Of a stretch of 64,000 nt of DNA, positions 63,157-64,000 are shown one piece after another. The position numbers and the translations under genes were made by a program. Position 1 is the first letter of the stretch. Each line of letters begins with the position of its first letter. Below the pieces are notes generated by a model. The model saw only the letters and a list, made by a program, of their open reading frames with translations, was not told where the DNA came from and ran no database searches. The DNA is from Lophium mytilinum (lineage: Eukaryota), in the NCBI GenBank assembly GCA_010093605.1, contig MU004194.1, forward strand, positions 1,650,323 to 1,714,322, given 5' to 3'.

Positions 63157-64000
63157 ATGATGGCCTCTGCACATAACTCGCCGAAAGGAAAAAGGAAGCG
63201 AGCAAGCGCTACTTCCCAAGGAGAAAACCCCTCAAAGCGACCCCGCGGCCGGGGGAGTGGCAGACCACCTTCATCTAAGAATGGTACTCGCGCAGCTCCA
63301 ACAGCAGATGATGCGGTGCCAGGCGCACAGGGATCGAGCACAAATCCTGTTGCACATAGCGGAGCCGCAAATGGGAGCACTGAACTAGCCAAGAACCGCC
63401 TTACAACCGATTCTAGAGAGGATCAAGGCAGCGCCATGAGAACCTCTCACGACTATGAATACAGCGCTCTTCCCCAAGACACAATCCGAATACTCATCGT
63501 ACATCCGGGCGATGCCAAATCCGAACTATATTGTACTTTGAGGAATCGTCGCCTTCGACCCTTGGACGCTCACGGTCGGCCAAAGCGGATCGAGGAGAAC
63601 GGAGTGGAAGTAGAGCTGCAGCCATACGAGGCATTATCATACTCCTGGCAAGACCAGAAGCCAGGACACGACATCCGAATTTCGGATTCCGACCACGGCA
63701 ACTACAAACTCAATAAAATAACGGAAAACTTACGAGACGCTCTCGTTACGCTCCGCCACGAGTCCAAAGAGCGACACTTCTGGGTTGATGCCGTTTGCAT
63801 GAACCAGGAGAACCTGGTGGAGAAGAGCAGACAATTGCCGTTGATGGCTAGAATATACAGTGAAGCATCCAATGTCGTTGTCTGGCTCGGGCTGGAGAAC
63901 GAGAAAGAGAACACCTCGAAGGCATTTGATTTGATGAAAAAGATCAGAACTTTGCGAGATTTCGAAGTTCTGGTTGAAAAGAAGACAGATTGCGACGACT
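63157..64000 (+). CDS. HET-domain (heterokaryon incompatibility, HET-6-like) protein, 5' part only
   Basis: Frame is open from ATG 63157 to the window end. YEYSALP..TIRILIVHPG, YEALSYSW, ITENLRDALVTLR, FWVDAVCMNQENLVEKSRQLPLMARIYSEASNVVVWLG. Confidence 0.93.
   Translation, partial: MMASAHNSPKGKRKRASATSQGENPSKRPRGRGSGRPPSSKNGTRAAPTADDAVPGAQGSSTNPVAHSGAANGSTELAKNRLTTDSREDQGSAMRTSHDYEYSALPQDTIRILIVHPGDAKSELYCTLRNRRLRPLDAHGRPKRIEENGVEVELQPYEALSYSWQDQKPGHDIRISDSDHGNYKLNKITENLRDALVTLRHESKERHFWVDAVCMNQENLVEKSRQLPLMARIYSEASNVVVWLGLENEKENTSKAFDLMKKIRTLRDFEVLVEKKTDCDD

Noticed and set aside
49410..64000. Starship or secondary-metabolite cluster
   Set aside because: No tyrosine-recombinase captain and no PKS/NRPS/terpene backbone gene is visible in the window.

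Overview
This is eukaryotic, intron-rich DNA from a filamentous ascomycete (Pezizomycotina). The basis is ~50-60 nt GT-AG introns with CTRAY branch sites, Zn2Cys6 factors, a HET domain and RIP-type CpA->TpA damage in repeats. About 20 apparently intact genes were reconstructed by hand. Conserved ones are a DUF2420-like acidic protein, delta-COP, a large F-box protein, ATP12, an ankyrin-PH-FFAT-ORD oxysterol-binding protein, TIM22, a DUF4048-like protein and a Sid1-like GCK kinase. Accessory-type ones are four Zn2Cys6 TFs, an SMI1/KNR4 (SUKH) protein, an SDR, an NmrA-like reductase, an arrestin-like protein, two small F-box-like proteins and a HET protein running off the right edge. There are two pseudogenes (APH-like kinase, multi-TM protein). 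The most distinctive structure is in the repeats: a 465-bp TGT...ACA TIR element (5175-5639), a complete 580-bp Copia-derived TRIM (25359-25938), and a three-level nest of Tc1-like DD34E > pogo/Tigger-like > 178-bp G5-ended MITE (58236-62522). Also seen: recurrent C-rich to G-rich skew inversions in gene 3' ends and a tandem palindromic CGG-N16-CCG site upstream of the NmrA-like gene. No rRNA, tRNA or CRISPR was found. I cannot demonstrate a wholly new biological system; family calls come from motif recognition, not database searches.
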